From: Actinomycetota bacterium
GTDB lineage: Bacteria; Actinomycetota; UBA4738; HRBIN12
Assembly: GCA_044869895.1 (NCBI GenBank)
Contig: JBIOXZ010000088.1
Location: 1 to 58,375, forward strand
Length of the DNA stretch: 58,375 nucleotides
Reading direction: 5' to 3'
Part shown: in pieces, positions 16,673 to 26,443 of the stretch
Layout of the letters: every line of letters starts with the position of its first letter
Numbering within the stretch: the stretch's first letter is position 1
Notes under the pieces: generated by a model
Database searches by the model: none
Seen by the model: only the letters and a program-made list of their open reading frames with translations
Told to the model about the DNA's origin: nothing
Program-made: the position numbers and the translations under genes

Positions 16673-19600
16673 TCACAGGTCCCAGACGGGCGGCTCCCGC
16701 CCGGGAGGTGCGTATGAGCAGAACCGGCCGGTGCGGATAGACGTGGCGAGGTGTACCCCGAGCGCCGGACAGTCCACCGACACCGTCCGGACGGCCGCCT
16801 TGATGGCCTTCGTGACGCTCACACGCGCGCGCTCGGCCGGTGACGGCATGTCCCGGTCCCGCCCCCCAAGGCCAAGCGACCGTTCCAGCTCCGACGTGAG
16901 GGCGTCGATCTCGGCCTCGACCCGCGCGGCCCGTTCCGGGTCGTTCCAGGACCGTGCCTCCTCCAGTTCCTCCCCCAGCTCGCCCAGGCGCCGCCGGAAG
17001 TCGTCCTTCGCCCGCTGATCCAGCACCGGTTCGGTTCCCCCCAGCCGAGACGCGCGTAGCCCTTGCGCGCCGGCGTGGTCATCGGAAGGGGGTTCGGCGG
17101 CCTGCGCTCCCGCCAGCTCCAACACGTGGACGTCCCGGCCCGGCGCGGCCAGGAGCAGCCCGATGTAACGGAGGCCTTTCAGGTCGTGCAGCCGGGCCAT
17201 GTCGCCGCGGTACGCCACGGTCCAGAACTGGCGCGACGGAAGGTCCCTCGATCGGCGTCCCTGCTCGCCCCAGCGCCGGCCAGACCCGCCGCCCCGGCAA
17301 GCGCGGAAGCGCGCTCGGCGATGCCAGGGAGATCGAGCTCGTCGCAGATCGCGGTGGCGCGGGCCAGGAGGTTGCCGGCGCGCTCGTCGTCGCCGGCCCC
17401 CCCCTTCGGGCCAGGAGCATCCGCGCGTGCTCGACCAGGACCCTCGCCTCGATGGCCCGGGCATGCATCGCCTCGCACAGCTCCATCGCCAGTTCGAAAT
17501 GCTTCTCCGCTTCCTCCCATCGTTCGAGCAGCGTCGCCACCATCCCCAGCCGCATGGCCACCGGACCAAACGGCATCGTGGAGATCGAGATGGCGTTCCG
17601 GTCGGCGAACGGCGCGAGCAGTTCGTAGAGCTCGGCCGCCTTCGATTCATCCCGAAGCAGGACCGACGCCTCCGCCAGGCCACACAAATGCAGGATCCAC
17701 AGCCCGTCGCGGGGAAGGTCGGCGAAGCCGTTGCGGGCGTGTCGCTCGACCTCGGCCCTCGCCGACCGTTCGTCGCCGAGCTCGGCCGCCGCCAGCGCGT
17801 CCCGCCACCGAGGGATGCCGCGGAACCGCTCGCCGTGCTGCTCGATCCGATCCCGGACCTCCTCCAGCCGACCTTGGGTCCACCGGAGCGCCAGCAGCTG
17901 CGCGTACTCGAACATGTAGAAGACGTACTCGCTCTCGCGAACCCTGGCGATCTCGAGGGCCTCGCGCACCTGGCGCTCCGCGTGGGCCACCCAGCCCTCG
18001 AGCAGTGACCGTACGCCTCGGAGGCAGGCCGTGTGCCACAGATAGAAGGGCTGCCGGATCCGGTCGGCGAGCTGCGCCATCGCCTCGAGCTCGGTGTCGA
18101 TCCCGGGGACATCGCACAGCTCCAAGAAGCAGTGCACGCGGATGTGGCGCGCCAAGAAGGCGGCCTCCTCGTCGCCGGCGCCGGTGGCCGCGACCAGCAT
18201 CTGCTGGGCGTTCGACAGCCGATCGCCCACCGAATCTGGGGCGAGCGTCGCCCAGTGCCGGCCGCGCAGCGCTTCGACCAGCGCCTCCGAATCACCTAAC
18301 CGGAGTGCCATGTCGATGGCCTCCTGGCTGAGCGAGAGGCGCGGGTCGCGGAACTCGGTCTGGTACAGCTGGGTCGCCAGCCTGGCCAGCGCGCGGGCTC
18401 GGAGCGGGCCATCGCCTTTCGGGAGGGCATCGAGCGCCTCTTCCAGGAGCGAGATGCCTCTCGTCCCGGCCTCGAATCGGGCCGTGAGGAGAAGGGCGCC
18501 AAACCCCAGATATGGGACCGCGCCGGTCACGTAGCCGAGGGCGGCGCGCGTCAGGATCTCGTGATCGCCCGCTCGCCGGGCGATGGCCGCCGCGTGCTCG
18601 AAGCTCCGTCGCGCGTCCTCGGTGTCGCCGGCCCTGGATTGGACATCGCCAAGTCGGAGGAGGATGTCCGCGCTTCGCTCCGACCCCGCTTCGGTCGGTC
18701 CCAGCAGCTGCAAGGCTCGCTTGTAGAGCCCGACGGCGTCCTCGTACGCGAGCACCGCCCTTGCTCGGTCGGCCGCCCGCACCGAGTAGTCCACGGCTCG
18801 CTCGGATTCTCCGATGGGGGCCGCCTGGGCGAGGTGGTGGGCGATCTCGGCCAGGTGCGGTTCCAGATCGTCGTGGAACAGGTCCTCGAGCTCGCGACCG
18901 ACCGTTCGATGAAGCTCCATGCGACGGGTCGCCGGGAGATCTTCGTACAGCGTCTCGCGAACGAGGTCGTGAGCGAAGGCGTAGGTGCCGGGCTGGTTCC
19001 GATCCTCGGTGATCACGCCCCCGCGTTCGCTCTCCGCGAGCACGTCGATGATCCGCCCGGGGCTGAGCGTCGTCGTGGGCGCGATCACCCGGAAGTCGAA
19101 ATCGCGCCCGATGACGGCCGCCAGGCGCAGCAGGTTCACGGCCTCGGGCGACAGCCCCGCGAGTCGCCGGCGGATGAGCCCGCGGACCTCTTCGGGCAGG
19201 GGGAGGGCGGCGGCCTCGTCGGCGGCTGCCAGCCTGCCCTCCGCCACCAGGACCCGGACGACCTCGCCGATAAAGAACGGGTTGCCGCCCGTCACGTCGC
19301 TGACCCGCGTTGCCACCGCGTCGACGGCTCGTCCCCGGACGCGAGCGCAATGAGGCGAGCGACCTCGATGGTGCTGAGTCCCCGCAGCGGGATCCGCCGA
19401 CCCAGCCTGGCCAGGTCGCCGAACAGGTCGGCGAGCTCGTGGACCCGTAGCTCCCCCTCCCGGTACGAGCCCATGGCAACGATCGGACGCTCCGGAACGG
19501 TGGTCGCCAGGAACCGCAGGAGCAGCAGCGATGGCTCGTCGGCGGCATGGAGGTCGTCGAGCACAATCAGGGTCGGCCGGTCACGTGCGGAATCCGCCAG

Positions 19601-20065
19601 GAACCGCCCGACCTGGTCGAAGAGCTGGAAGCGATCGGCCTCGGGGTCGACCGACTCCGACACGGCCGAACGACGCCCTCGCTCCGATCCACCGCCGGCC
19701 GATTCCGGGACGGGCCCGAGCTCCGCGAACTCGCCACCGGCCCCCCGCACGACCTGGATCCACGGCCAGTATGCCGGAGCGCCTCCGCCCTCCCAGCACC
19801 GTCCGGTCAGCACCCGCCAGTCCCGCTCCTCTGCGTGTTCGGCCACCGTGCTCATCAGGCGGCTCTTCCCGATCCCCGGTTCGCCCGAGATCAGGAAAAG
19901 CGACCCGTGACCGGCGGATGCCGCGGGAAGCGCCGACAGCACCTCGTCGAGCTCGCGCGTTCGACCGACGAATGGCCGGGCTTGCTCCCCCGGTGTCGCA
20001 TCGCCGGACACGCTCTCGGCGGGGAGGCGGTCACCGATCGACGGAGTGGGGACTTCACCAACCAT
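16673..20065 (-). pseudogene. frameshifted STAND-type ATPase regulator (AAA_16 P-loop NTPase, helical/TPR-like array, C-terminal FWTVAYRG..KGLRY tail)
   Basis: The sequence reads as one protein of about 1130 aa only if the frame moves by -1 three times. Piece 1 is 20065..19292 (FVGRTRELDEV, Walker A GEPGIGKS, Walker B LIVLDDLH). Piece 2 is 19316..about 17400 (GGNPFFIGEVVRVL plus a long helical array). Piece 3 is about 17400..17235 (AGDDERAGNLLARATAICDELDLPGIAERASAL). Piece 4 is about 17235..16673 (QFWTVAYRGDMARLHDLKGLRYIGLLLAAPGRDVHVLEL ... RTGRFCSY). The middle junction is an 8-nt C/G homopolymer at 17397-17404. Confidence 0.6.
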
Positions 20066-20148
20066 CGCGCCACAAGTCTGTCCCTCAGAGGACGAGCGAG
20101 TCCAGACGGGACTCGTTGGGCCCGGAGGGGCCAGGGCGACCGGACGAC

Positions 20149-20532
20149 CTAGAGCTGCGGGCGGCGGATCCGGACCCGGAGGATGTCCCGGAGGCTCACG
20201 ATGCCCAGCACCGTCTTTCCGTCGACGACCGGCAGATGCCGGAAGCCCTGGCCCATCATGGTCTCGGCGGCATCATCGGCGTTCACGTCGGGGGCGGCGG
20301 TGACCGGGTCGCGGGTCATCCAGTCGGAGACCGGCGATGAGGTCAGATCCGAGCCCGAAGCCGCCGCGCGAAGCACATCACGCTCCGTGAAGATGCCGAC
20401 GAGCCAGGAGCCCTCCATCACCACGGCCGATCCGAACCGCCCCTTGACCATGCTGTTTGCCACGTCGGCGACCGAGACGTCCCCCGTGGTGGTGAAGACC
20501 TCGCGCGTCATGATCTCGTTCAGGGTGGCCAT
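20149..20532 (-). CDS. CBS-domain pair protein
   Basis: ATG 20532 inside ORF 20149..20748. The 127-aa protein has two CBS motifs (IMTREVFTT...GIFTERDVLRA; WMTRDPVTA...HLPVVDGKTVLGIVSLRDIL). Confidence 0.85.
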   Translation of the reverse strand: MATLNEIMTREVFTTTGDVSVADVANSMVKGRFGSAVVMEGSWLVGIFTERDVLRAAASGSDLTSSPVSDWMTRDPVTAAPDVNADDAAETMMGQGFRHLPVVDGKTVLGIVSLRDILRVRIRRPQL

Positions 20533-20554
20533 ACCTGCTCCTCGATGAGTGACG

Positions 20555-20800
20555 TCAGCCGCCCTCGCCCCCGACCTCGTGGAACTCCGAGTCCTCGAGC
20601 GGTTTCGCGGGGTCGGCGAGGTCCTCGTTGAGCCGGCGCCAGAGCGCGCCTGCCCACGAGCTGACGTTGGGCCAGCGCTGCCAGAAGACCTGCAGCGTGG
20701 CCTCGTCGAACGTGCGTGCGGCCTCATCAGGCGTTGCGGCCTGGGCAACGCGCTCGCATTCGTCGAGGGCCTTCAGCAGGTGCTCGGAGACTTCGTTCAC
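20555..20800 (-). CDS. hypothetical small acidic protein
   Basis: 3' end of ORF 20555..22330. GTG 20800 is preceded by AAAAAGGGGG. It is 81 aa, ends 22 nt upstream of the CBS gene on the same strand, and belongs to no recognised family. Confidence 0.5.
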   Translation of the reverse strand: MNEVSEHLLKALDECERVAQAATPDEAARTFDEATLQVFWQRWPNVSSWAGALWRRLNEDLADPAKPLEDSEFHEVGGEGG

Positions 20801-21046
20801 GGGACCCCCTTTTTCCCGGCGAAGTCTAGTCCGGACTCGACGCGACTTGCCCGATTCGGGACGAGTCTGAGAAACTCCTCCCGCAGCGTTCACACCGCCC
20901 ACGGGAGGCAGCGTGGGAACTCCCCCAGCCTCTTTAGCCGCGACCGCGAAGCTGCGGCGCACCGACCGCGCGCCGCCACCTCCGCCGAGGAGGACCCTCG
21001 CCAACCCGGCTAGTGACGCGCACTTGCCTGTCTGAAGGAGCCGTGA

Positions 21047-22861
21047 ATGAGAGCCGTTGTGAAACGACCGCTTCTGGTATTGGCCACCGCGGGCAGCGTG
21101 ATCGCGAGCCTCTCGCTGGTGGGTCTGCCCCAGGCTCACGGCGTCGGGGTTCAGGCCCTGGTGAGCACGGGAAGCCCGCAGACCACGCACCCTCAGAACG
21201 CCCAGAACGAGCCGGCCCTCGCGGTCGACCCCCTCCACCCGAGCACCCTGGTGGCGGGCTCGAATGACCTCGTGGACATGCAGCCCTGCTCGAGGGACGC
21301 CTCCACCAAGTCCGGGGCCTGCTCGTACCCGCTCGGGACGTTCAACCTCGGCGTCGGGCTGCAGGGCGTGTATTTCTCGTTCGATCGGGGTCACAGCTGG
21401 ACCCAGCCCACGTACCAGGGGCTGACGGCCGCGGGATGCGATCCCACAGCGGATTCGCCCACGAGCCCCTGCCAAGCGGAGGTAGGCGACATCCACACCG
21501 TGCCGAACTTCTACGAGAATGGCCTTCGGTCCCGGAGCGACCCGGGCGTGGCGTTCGGCCCCAAGCCCGGCGCCGACGGAACATTCTCCTGGAGCAACGG
21601 CACGCGCCTGTACTACTCGACGCTGGCCACGAACCTCACCGACACGACGATCGGGACCGAGGGCCAGAACACCCCCACGAGCGTGGTGGTCTCCCACTTC
21701 GACGACCTGTCCGCGGCGAACTACCAGGATCAATCGAGATGGTCGCGGCCCTTCTTCGTCGACAAGAACGTCGGCCCGACCGCCGGGCTGGACAAGGAGC
21801 AGGTGTGGGCGGACAACGCCGCCACCAGCGACTTCTTCGGCAACGTGTACGTGTGCTACACGGACTTCCACAGCTTCAGCGGCGGTCTCAATTTCCCGCT
21901 CATCCCCATGGTCGGGGTGTCCCGGGACGGCGGGACGACCTGGACCTCGCGGCAGGTGGCGCCGCCGACGACCGCCACCCCGGTCGGCTTCCACCAGGGC
22001 TGCACCGTACGGACCGACAGCCACGGGGTGGTCTATGTCTTCTTCACTCACTCCTTCGCCGGGACCCCCGGTCTCGGGTTCCACCAGATGATCAAGTCGG
22101 TCGATGGGGGACGCTCCTGGGGCCCGCCTCGGGACGTCCTGCCGATGAACGATGCCTGCTTCTTCGTCGAGCCGATCGAGAACCGGTGCGTGTACGACGG
22201 CGTGGCGGGAGCCCGGACCGACCTCGCGGCCATGCCCAGCGTGGACATCGCGAACGGCGCGCCGACGGGTGAGGACGCGACGAACGAGATCGTGGACGCC
22301 TGGAGTGACGGACGCGACGGGTTGAACCACGAGAAGACCTTGTTCTCCTACTCGACGGACGGCGGCACGACGTGGTCGACGCCGACCGCGATCTCCAACC
22401 CCGGGGACCGGTCGGCGTACTCGGCCCCGGCCATCGCGCCTGACGGGTCAAGGGTGTACGTGGTGTACCAGGCAGTCTCGGCGCCGATCGACGAGACTTC
22501 GACCGCGACGCCGCGGCCCGAGTTCGGGGTGTTCTTGTCAGCGGAACTCGACGAGGACGGCGCACCGGGCGCGTGGACCACCGAGTTCTCGGGACCCACC
22601 GGCGACCTTCGCGGCACGTCGCAGGGACGGATCCTCTACAACGAGTTCTTCGGGGACTACGTCTACGCCATCGCCACGCGCGACTACGGGGCTGGGGTGT
22701 GGACCGACACGCAGAGGACGGCGGACTGCCCGGCCATGGACGCCTGGCGCCAGGCCTCGTTCGACGCGGGCCACCGCATCCTGCCCGGAGCGCCGTGGCC
22801 GCTCGGCGATTGTCCCGAGAACTTCGGGAACAACGACATCTTCAGCGCCACCACGGGCTAG
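21047..22861 (+). CDS. secreted BNR/Asp-box repeat protein (sialidase-superfamily beta-propeller)
   Basis: GAAGGAG RBS and a signal peptide (LLVLATAGSVIASLSLVGLPQAHG). Four Asp-box motifs fit S-x-D-x-G-x-(T/S)-W: SFDRGHSW, SRDGGTTW, SVDGGRSW, STDGGTTW. Confidence 0.8.
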   Translation: MRAVVKRPLLVLATAGSVIASLSLVGLPQAHGVGVQALVSTGSPQTTHPQNAQNEPALAVDPLHPSTLVAGSNDLVDMQPCSRDASTKSGACSYPLGTFNLGVGLQGVYFSFDRGHSWTQPTYQGLTAAGCDPTADSPTSPCQAEVGDIHTVPNFYENGLRSRSDPGVAFGPKPGADGTFSWSNGTRLYYSTLATNLTDTTIGTEGQNTPTSVVVSHFDDLSAANYQDQSRWSRPFFVDKNVGPTAGLDKEQVWADNAATSDFFGNVYVCYTDFHSFSGGLNFPLIPMVGVSRDGGTTWTSRQVAPPTTATPVGFHQGCTVRTDSHGVVYVFFTHSFAGTPGLGFHQMIKSVDGGRSWGPPRDVLPMNDACFFVEPIENRCVYDGVAGARTDLAAMPSVDIANGAPTGEDATNEIVDAWSDGRDGLNHEKTLFSYSTDGGTTWSTPTAISNPGDRSAYSAPAIAPDGSRVYVVYQAVSAPIDETSTATPRPEFGVFLSAELDEDGAPGAWTTEFSGPTGDLRGTSQGRILYNEFFGDYVYAIATRDYGAGVWTDTQRTADCPAMDAWRQASFDAGHRILPGAPWPLGDCPENFGNNDIFSATTG

Positions 22862-22879
22862 GGATCGGATCGGTCGGAC

Positions 22880-22907
22880 GGGGAGGGCGGCGAAGGCCGC
22901 CCTCCCC
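22880..22907 (+). terminator. GC-rich hairpin terminator after the BNR gene
   Basis: GGGGAGGGCGGC-GAAG-GCCGCCCTCCCC forms a perfect 12-bp stem with a 4-nt loop, 19 nt after the stop. It has no U-tract, which is common in high-GC actinobacteria. Confidence 0.6.
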
Positions 22908-23038
22908 GCCGCCCGCCGGAAACCGTTGCGAGCCGTCGCGTCAGCCTTCGGCGGCGGCCCCCAGCGGGCAGATGATGCTTCCCCGACCACCGTCGGACGG
23001 TCTAAGGTGACGAGTGTCAAGGATGGAAGTGGGCGGCG

Positions 23039-24367
23039 ATGCTACGTCTGAACCGGCACTCGGGACGGGGGACGATCGCCCGGCCCCTCAGGGTCCTGGT
23101 CGCCGCTCCTCAGCCGCTCCACCGAGAGCTGATGCGCTTCTTCCTCGAGGAGGAAGGGTGCCACGTGGTGGCGTTGGTGGCGTCGGGCGAGGATGCGGTC
23201 AGCTTGGGCACGTCGAAGCGACCCGATGCACTGATACTTCACGAAAGCATCGCGGACATGGCCGGCGCGGGCCTCATCCAACGGGTTCGACAGGGTTCAA
23301 CCTCAACGAAGATCGTGGTCGTCACGCCCCAGCCCGAACAGGCATGGAGCGGCCCGTCCCGGGGGGCCGATGCCTATCTTGAAGAGTGGGTCGGGATCCA
23401 GGAGCTAGGGATCGTCCTGCAACGGCTGTGCCCGGGCACGCCGGTCCCCGCGGAACCGGCTCGGATGCAACCAGAACCGGGGACGACGAGCGAGTCCACG
23501 GCGGCCGGGCAGCGCCGGCTCCCCCTACCTCCTCGAGTCGTCAACCTGCCGGTGGGAGGACGCGCCCGTTGGCACGAGCGGTTCACGGGCGCGGCAGTCG
23601 CCTCGGTCATCTTCATCCTGCTGCTCCTCGGCGGGGGGCTGTTGCAGCAACCGGCAACGTCTAGGGGTCCGAGATCTGCGGCGTCCCCAAACCTAACCAA
23701 CGCCTTCGCGACCCTCGACGTCCTCCTTGTGAGCATGCGTGAGGGAATGTCCGAGAAGGCTATCGCCGAAAACGCACGCCGGCTCGTCGCAGCGCGTGCA
23801 GCCGCGCTGGCTTCGGGGGCGGACACCACTCGACTCGACGCGGCGATCGATGCGGAGGTGTCCCCATTGCTGTCGACCGTCACGGACAAGGGGGCCGCCG
23901 CTGTCGAATACGTCCTCGGAGACCTGGTGAGCATCCCCGGGTCCGCCGCCCAGCCCCGAAACTGGCCCGGCGAAAGTGCCGAATCCAGAGGCCACCCCAA
24001 CGGAAAGGTCCACCCCCAACCATTCGCCCAACCGGGAGGAACCGGCGACCGCCCGGGCGTCGCCGAGCCCGGAGCCCAGCGAGACTCCACCCCCGGAGCC
24101 CAGCGAGGCTCCGATCCCGAACCTCAAACCAACGGAGGCTCCACGACCGGAGCTCAAACCGACGGAGGCTCCACGACCGAAGCTCAGCTCGAGGGAGACT
24201 CCCAGACCGGAGCTCAGCCCGACGGAGACGCCGAACCCGATGCTCGGTCCGACAGAGAGGCCGAGCACGCGGGGCCCGAGAGCGGTCCCAGCCATCCCGA
24301 CGCAGCGGGCCTCCTGTTCGGGAGTCTGCCCCTCCCGTCCTGGATGCGGGCCGGGGTCCGGAAGTGA
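23039..24367 (+). CDS. membrane-anchored pseudo-receiver protein with helical ectodomain and repeat tail
   Basis: The N-terminal (beta-alpha)5 receiver-like pattern (LRVLVAAPQP ... DALILHESI ... KIVVVTP ... ADAYLEE) lacks the acidic pocket, the phospho-Asp and the Lys. It is followed by a TM helix (AAVASVIFILLLLGGGLL), a helical segment ending EYVLGDLV, and a low-complexity tail built on 30-nt repeats. It is a paralogue of 50592..51842. Confidence 0.6.
   Translation: MLRLNRHSGRGTIARPLRVLVAAPQPLHRELMRFFLEEEGCHVVALVASGEDAVSLGTSKRPDALILHESIADMAGAGLIQRVRQGSTSTKIVVVTPQPEQAWSGPSRGADAYLEEWVGIQELGIVLQRLCPGTPVPAEPARMQPEPGTTSESTAAGQRRLPLPPRVVNLPVGGRARWHERFTGAAVASVIFILLLLGGGLLQQPATSRGPRSAASPNLTNAFATLDVLLVSMREGMSEKAIAENARRLVAARAAALASGADTTRLDAAIDAEVSPLLSTVTDKGAAAVEYVLGDLVSIPGSAAQPRNWPGESAESRGHPNGKVHPQPFAQPGGTGDRPGVAEPGAQRDSTPGAQRGSDPEPQTNGGSTTGAQTDGGSTTEAQLEGDSQTGAQPDGDAEPDARSDREAEHAGPESGPSHPDAAGLLFGSLPLPSWMRAGVRK
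24121..24270. repeat. five degenerate tandem 30-nt units inside the 23039..24367 tail
   Basis: The units at 24121-24150 and 24151-24180 are nearly identical (acctcaaaccaacggaggctccacgaccgg / agctcaaaccgacggaggctccacgaccga). The next three copies are progressively diverged. Confidence 0.8.
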
Positions 24368-24513
24368 TTCTGACGCCTGTCGATCGTGTGGATAGCTGAA
24401 TTGGATCGGTGATCGTGGGTACCTTTCGCCCAGAACGACGTTGAATGATTAGTGGAGTGCGCCGCGAAGGTCCCCCGCAGCGCTCATGATCGATAAGGAC
24501 GCGGAGGCCCGGA

Positions 24514-24807
24514 ATGCGCTGGTACGTGCTGGAAAACCCACATGAAGCCGACATCCCCACCCACATCGTGGCCGAGGTGGTCGCGGAGGTGGGCGAGGAC
24601 GGAACCTCCACGCTTCGAGAGAGCCCGGTGCTCTGTGACGACCGCACCCTCGTGTCGCGGGATGAGCTCCTAGCGACCGACGAGGGGCGGCGCGCCCTGG
24701 CAGCGTGGGAATCGGGTGAAGACTCCGCGTTCGAGGAGGCCACCCGCCGCCTCATCGCGACCGCCATCGCGGAGGATGAGCGGCTCTTCTCGACCGGGTC
24801 GGGGTGA
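24514..24807 (+). CDS. hypothetical acidic protein
   Basis: 97-aa ORF with GGAGG 7 nt upstream of the ATG and good third-position GC. No family was recognised. Confidence 0.5.
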   Translation: MRWYVLENPHEADIPTHIVAEVVAEVGEDGTSTLRESPVLCDDRTLVSRDELLATDEGRRALAAWESGEDSAFEEATRRLIATAIAEDERLFSTGSG

Positions 24808-24844
24808 TTGGCGGGGAAAGCCCCTGGCGTGGCACCATCCCCGG

Positions 24845-26383
24845 GTGCGTGTTGCCTTCCCTCGACCGTTCAGGCGGTGGCGGCGCTCCGTTGTAGCGTT
24901 TTGGCTGCTGCCGCTACTCGCGCTGGGCCTGTACGCACGGTCGGCAGGGGCGCAGGTAGGGCCGGTCCGACCGCTTCAGCTCAAGGTCCTTGAGTTCAAC
25001 ATCGAGTACGGCGGGGTCCACGTCAGCTTCGACAAGGTCGTGGAGGCGATCCGGAGGAGCGGCGCCGACGTGGTCGCCATCGAAGAGGCCCAGGGCCACA
25101 CCCTGGCCCTTCAGCGCGCCCTGGGATGGCCGTACGCGAGCGGCCGGCTCCAGATCCTGTCGAAGTACCCGCTGATCGACCCCCCCGGCGCGGACGGCGT
25201 CTACCTCTTCATCCAGCTCGCGCCGGGGCAGGTGGTGGCCATCGAGAACATCCACCTGCCCTCGAACCCATACGGCCCCTTCGAGGTCAAGCAGGGCGAG
25301 ACCAAGCGCTTCGTGCTCGAGCTGGAGCGCAGGCTCCGGCTCCCCGCCATCCAGCCGTTCCTCCAGGCCGCGGAAGGCCTTGGGACTCAGGGCATCCCGG
25401 TGTTTATGGCCGGCGACTTCAACGCGCCTTCCTGGCGGGACTGGACGCCGGAGATGGTGGGCGAGCGGTTCCAGATCCGCTACGCGGTCAGGTGGCCGGT
25501 GAGCGTTGCGGTGGAGGAAGCCGGGTTCGTGGACTCGTATCGGCAGGTGTACCCGAGCCCCAAGCGCCATCCCGGCCTGACGTGGTGGGCGGCCCGGCCG
25601 CACCTTGCGTTCTGGGACCCGGGGAAGTACGCCCCCCAGGACCGGATCGACATCATCTACGCGCTCGGCGAGGCGAAGGCCGCGGCCGCGGAGGTCATCG
25701 GCGAGGCCGGAGCGCCCGTGGACCTGAGCGTGACGCCCTGGCCCTCGGACCACCGGGCCACCGCCTCGACCTTCACCGTCACCCCCGGCGCGCCGCCGGT
25801 CATGGTGGCGGCCGAGGAGCGGCTGGCGGCCATCGGCGACGACGTGCACGTGACGTTCCACTCGCCGGGAGCCGGCGGGGAGCATGTGGCCATCGTCCCC
25901 GCGGACGGGCACCCGGCATCCGGGGCCATCGCCGACAAGTCCACGGGCGCAGGCGGCCCCACCGACGGGACGCTCGCATTCTCCACCGACGGATGGACGC
26001 CCGGCGCGTATGAGGCCGTGCTACTCCACGGGGGCGGCCAGGAGCTGTCGCGGATCCCGTTCTGGGTGAAGCAGCCGGGCACGGGACCTTCGGTCTCGAC
26101 GGGGAAGGACACCTACCCGGTGGGCGAAGGGATCGACGTCTCGTGGGAGAACGCCCGGGGCGAGCGGTGGGACTGGATCGGCGTGTACAAGCGGGGGCGG
26201 GATCCCCGCATCGCCTACTACCTGCTGTGGACGTACACGGGGTCCACGGTCGCCGGCTCGACCCTGATCGACGAGTCCGTCCATGGCCCGTGGCCGCTCG
26301 ACGCCGGGAAGTACAGCGTGTACCTGCTCCGCGACGACGGCTACCGCAAGGAGGCGGGCGCCAACTTCGCGATCAGTGGCTAG
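24845..26383 (+). CDS. secreted endonuclease/exonuclease/phosphatase (EEP) family protein with two C-terminal beta-sandwich-like modules
   Basis: GTG 24845 inside ORF 24716..26383 avoids overlap with the preceding gene. It has a signal/TM segment (VVAFWLLPLLALGLYARSAGA) and EEP motifs (LKVLEFNIEYGG, ADVVAIEEAQG, PVFMAGDFNAPSWRDW, PSDHRA). An internally duplicated C-terminal module follows (..GAYEAVLLHGGGQELSRIPFWV / ..GKYSVYLLRDDGYRKEAGANFAI). Confidence 0.8.
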   Translation: MRVAFPRPFRRWRRSVVAFWLLPLLALGLYARSAGAQVGPVRPLQLKVLEFNIEYGGVHVSFDKVVEAIRRSGADVVAIEEAQGHTLALQRALGWPYASGRLQILSKYPLIDPPGADGVYLFIQLAPGQVVAIENIHLPSNPYGPFEVKQGETKRFVLELERRLRLPAIQPFLQAAEGLGTQGIPVFMAGDFNAPSWRDWTPEMVGERFQIRYAVRWPVSVAVEEAGFVDSYRQVYPSPKRHPGLTWWAARPHLAFWDPGKYAPQDRIDIIYALGEAKAAAAEVIGEAGAPVDLSVTPWPSDHRATASTFTVTPGAPPVMVAAEERLAAIGDDVHVTFHSPGAGGEHVAIVPADGHPASGAIADKSTGAGGPTDGTLAFSTDGWTPGAYEAVLLHGGGQELSRIPFWVKQPGTGPSVSTGKDTYPVGEGIDVSWENARGERWDWIGVYKRGRDPRIAYYLLWTYTGSTVAGSTLIDESVHGPWPLDAGKYSVYLLRDDGYRKEAGANFAISG

Positions 26384-26443
26384 CGCGGCGCCGATATCCG
26401 TAGACTCCATGACTGACCGTCACGCGAACGAAAGGGGCGACCG

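Noticed and set aside
17228-19335. Programmed -1 ribosomal frameshifting as an explanation for the split STAND gene.
   Set aside because: It would take three separate shifts within one gene. I saw no slippery heptamer plus downstream structure at the junctions, and no precedent for this in such regulators. Pseudogenisation or indel errors are far more parsimonious.
23976-24395. An alternative +1 frame across the repeat tail of the 23039 gene reads as a classic Pro/Thr/Glu linker (PEPSETPPPEPSEAPIPNLKPTEAPRPELKPTEAPRP...). It is open from just after the folded domain (about 23928), suggesting a frameshift.
   Set aside because: By hand count, third-position GC is only modestly higher in the alternative frame in the middle (roughly 79% versus 69%). 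At the 3' end the annotated frame is clearly better (about 21 of 24 versus 20 of 33 codons with G/C at the third position). Using the alternative frame would need two compensating shifts. I kept the annotated frame; the frame could still be tested by proteomics.
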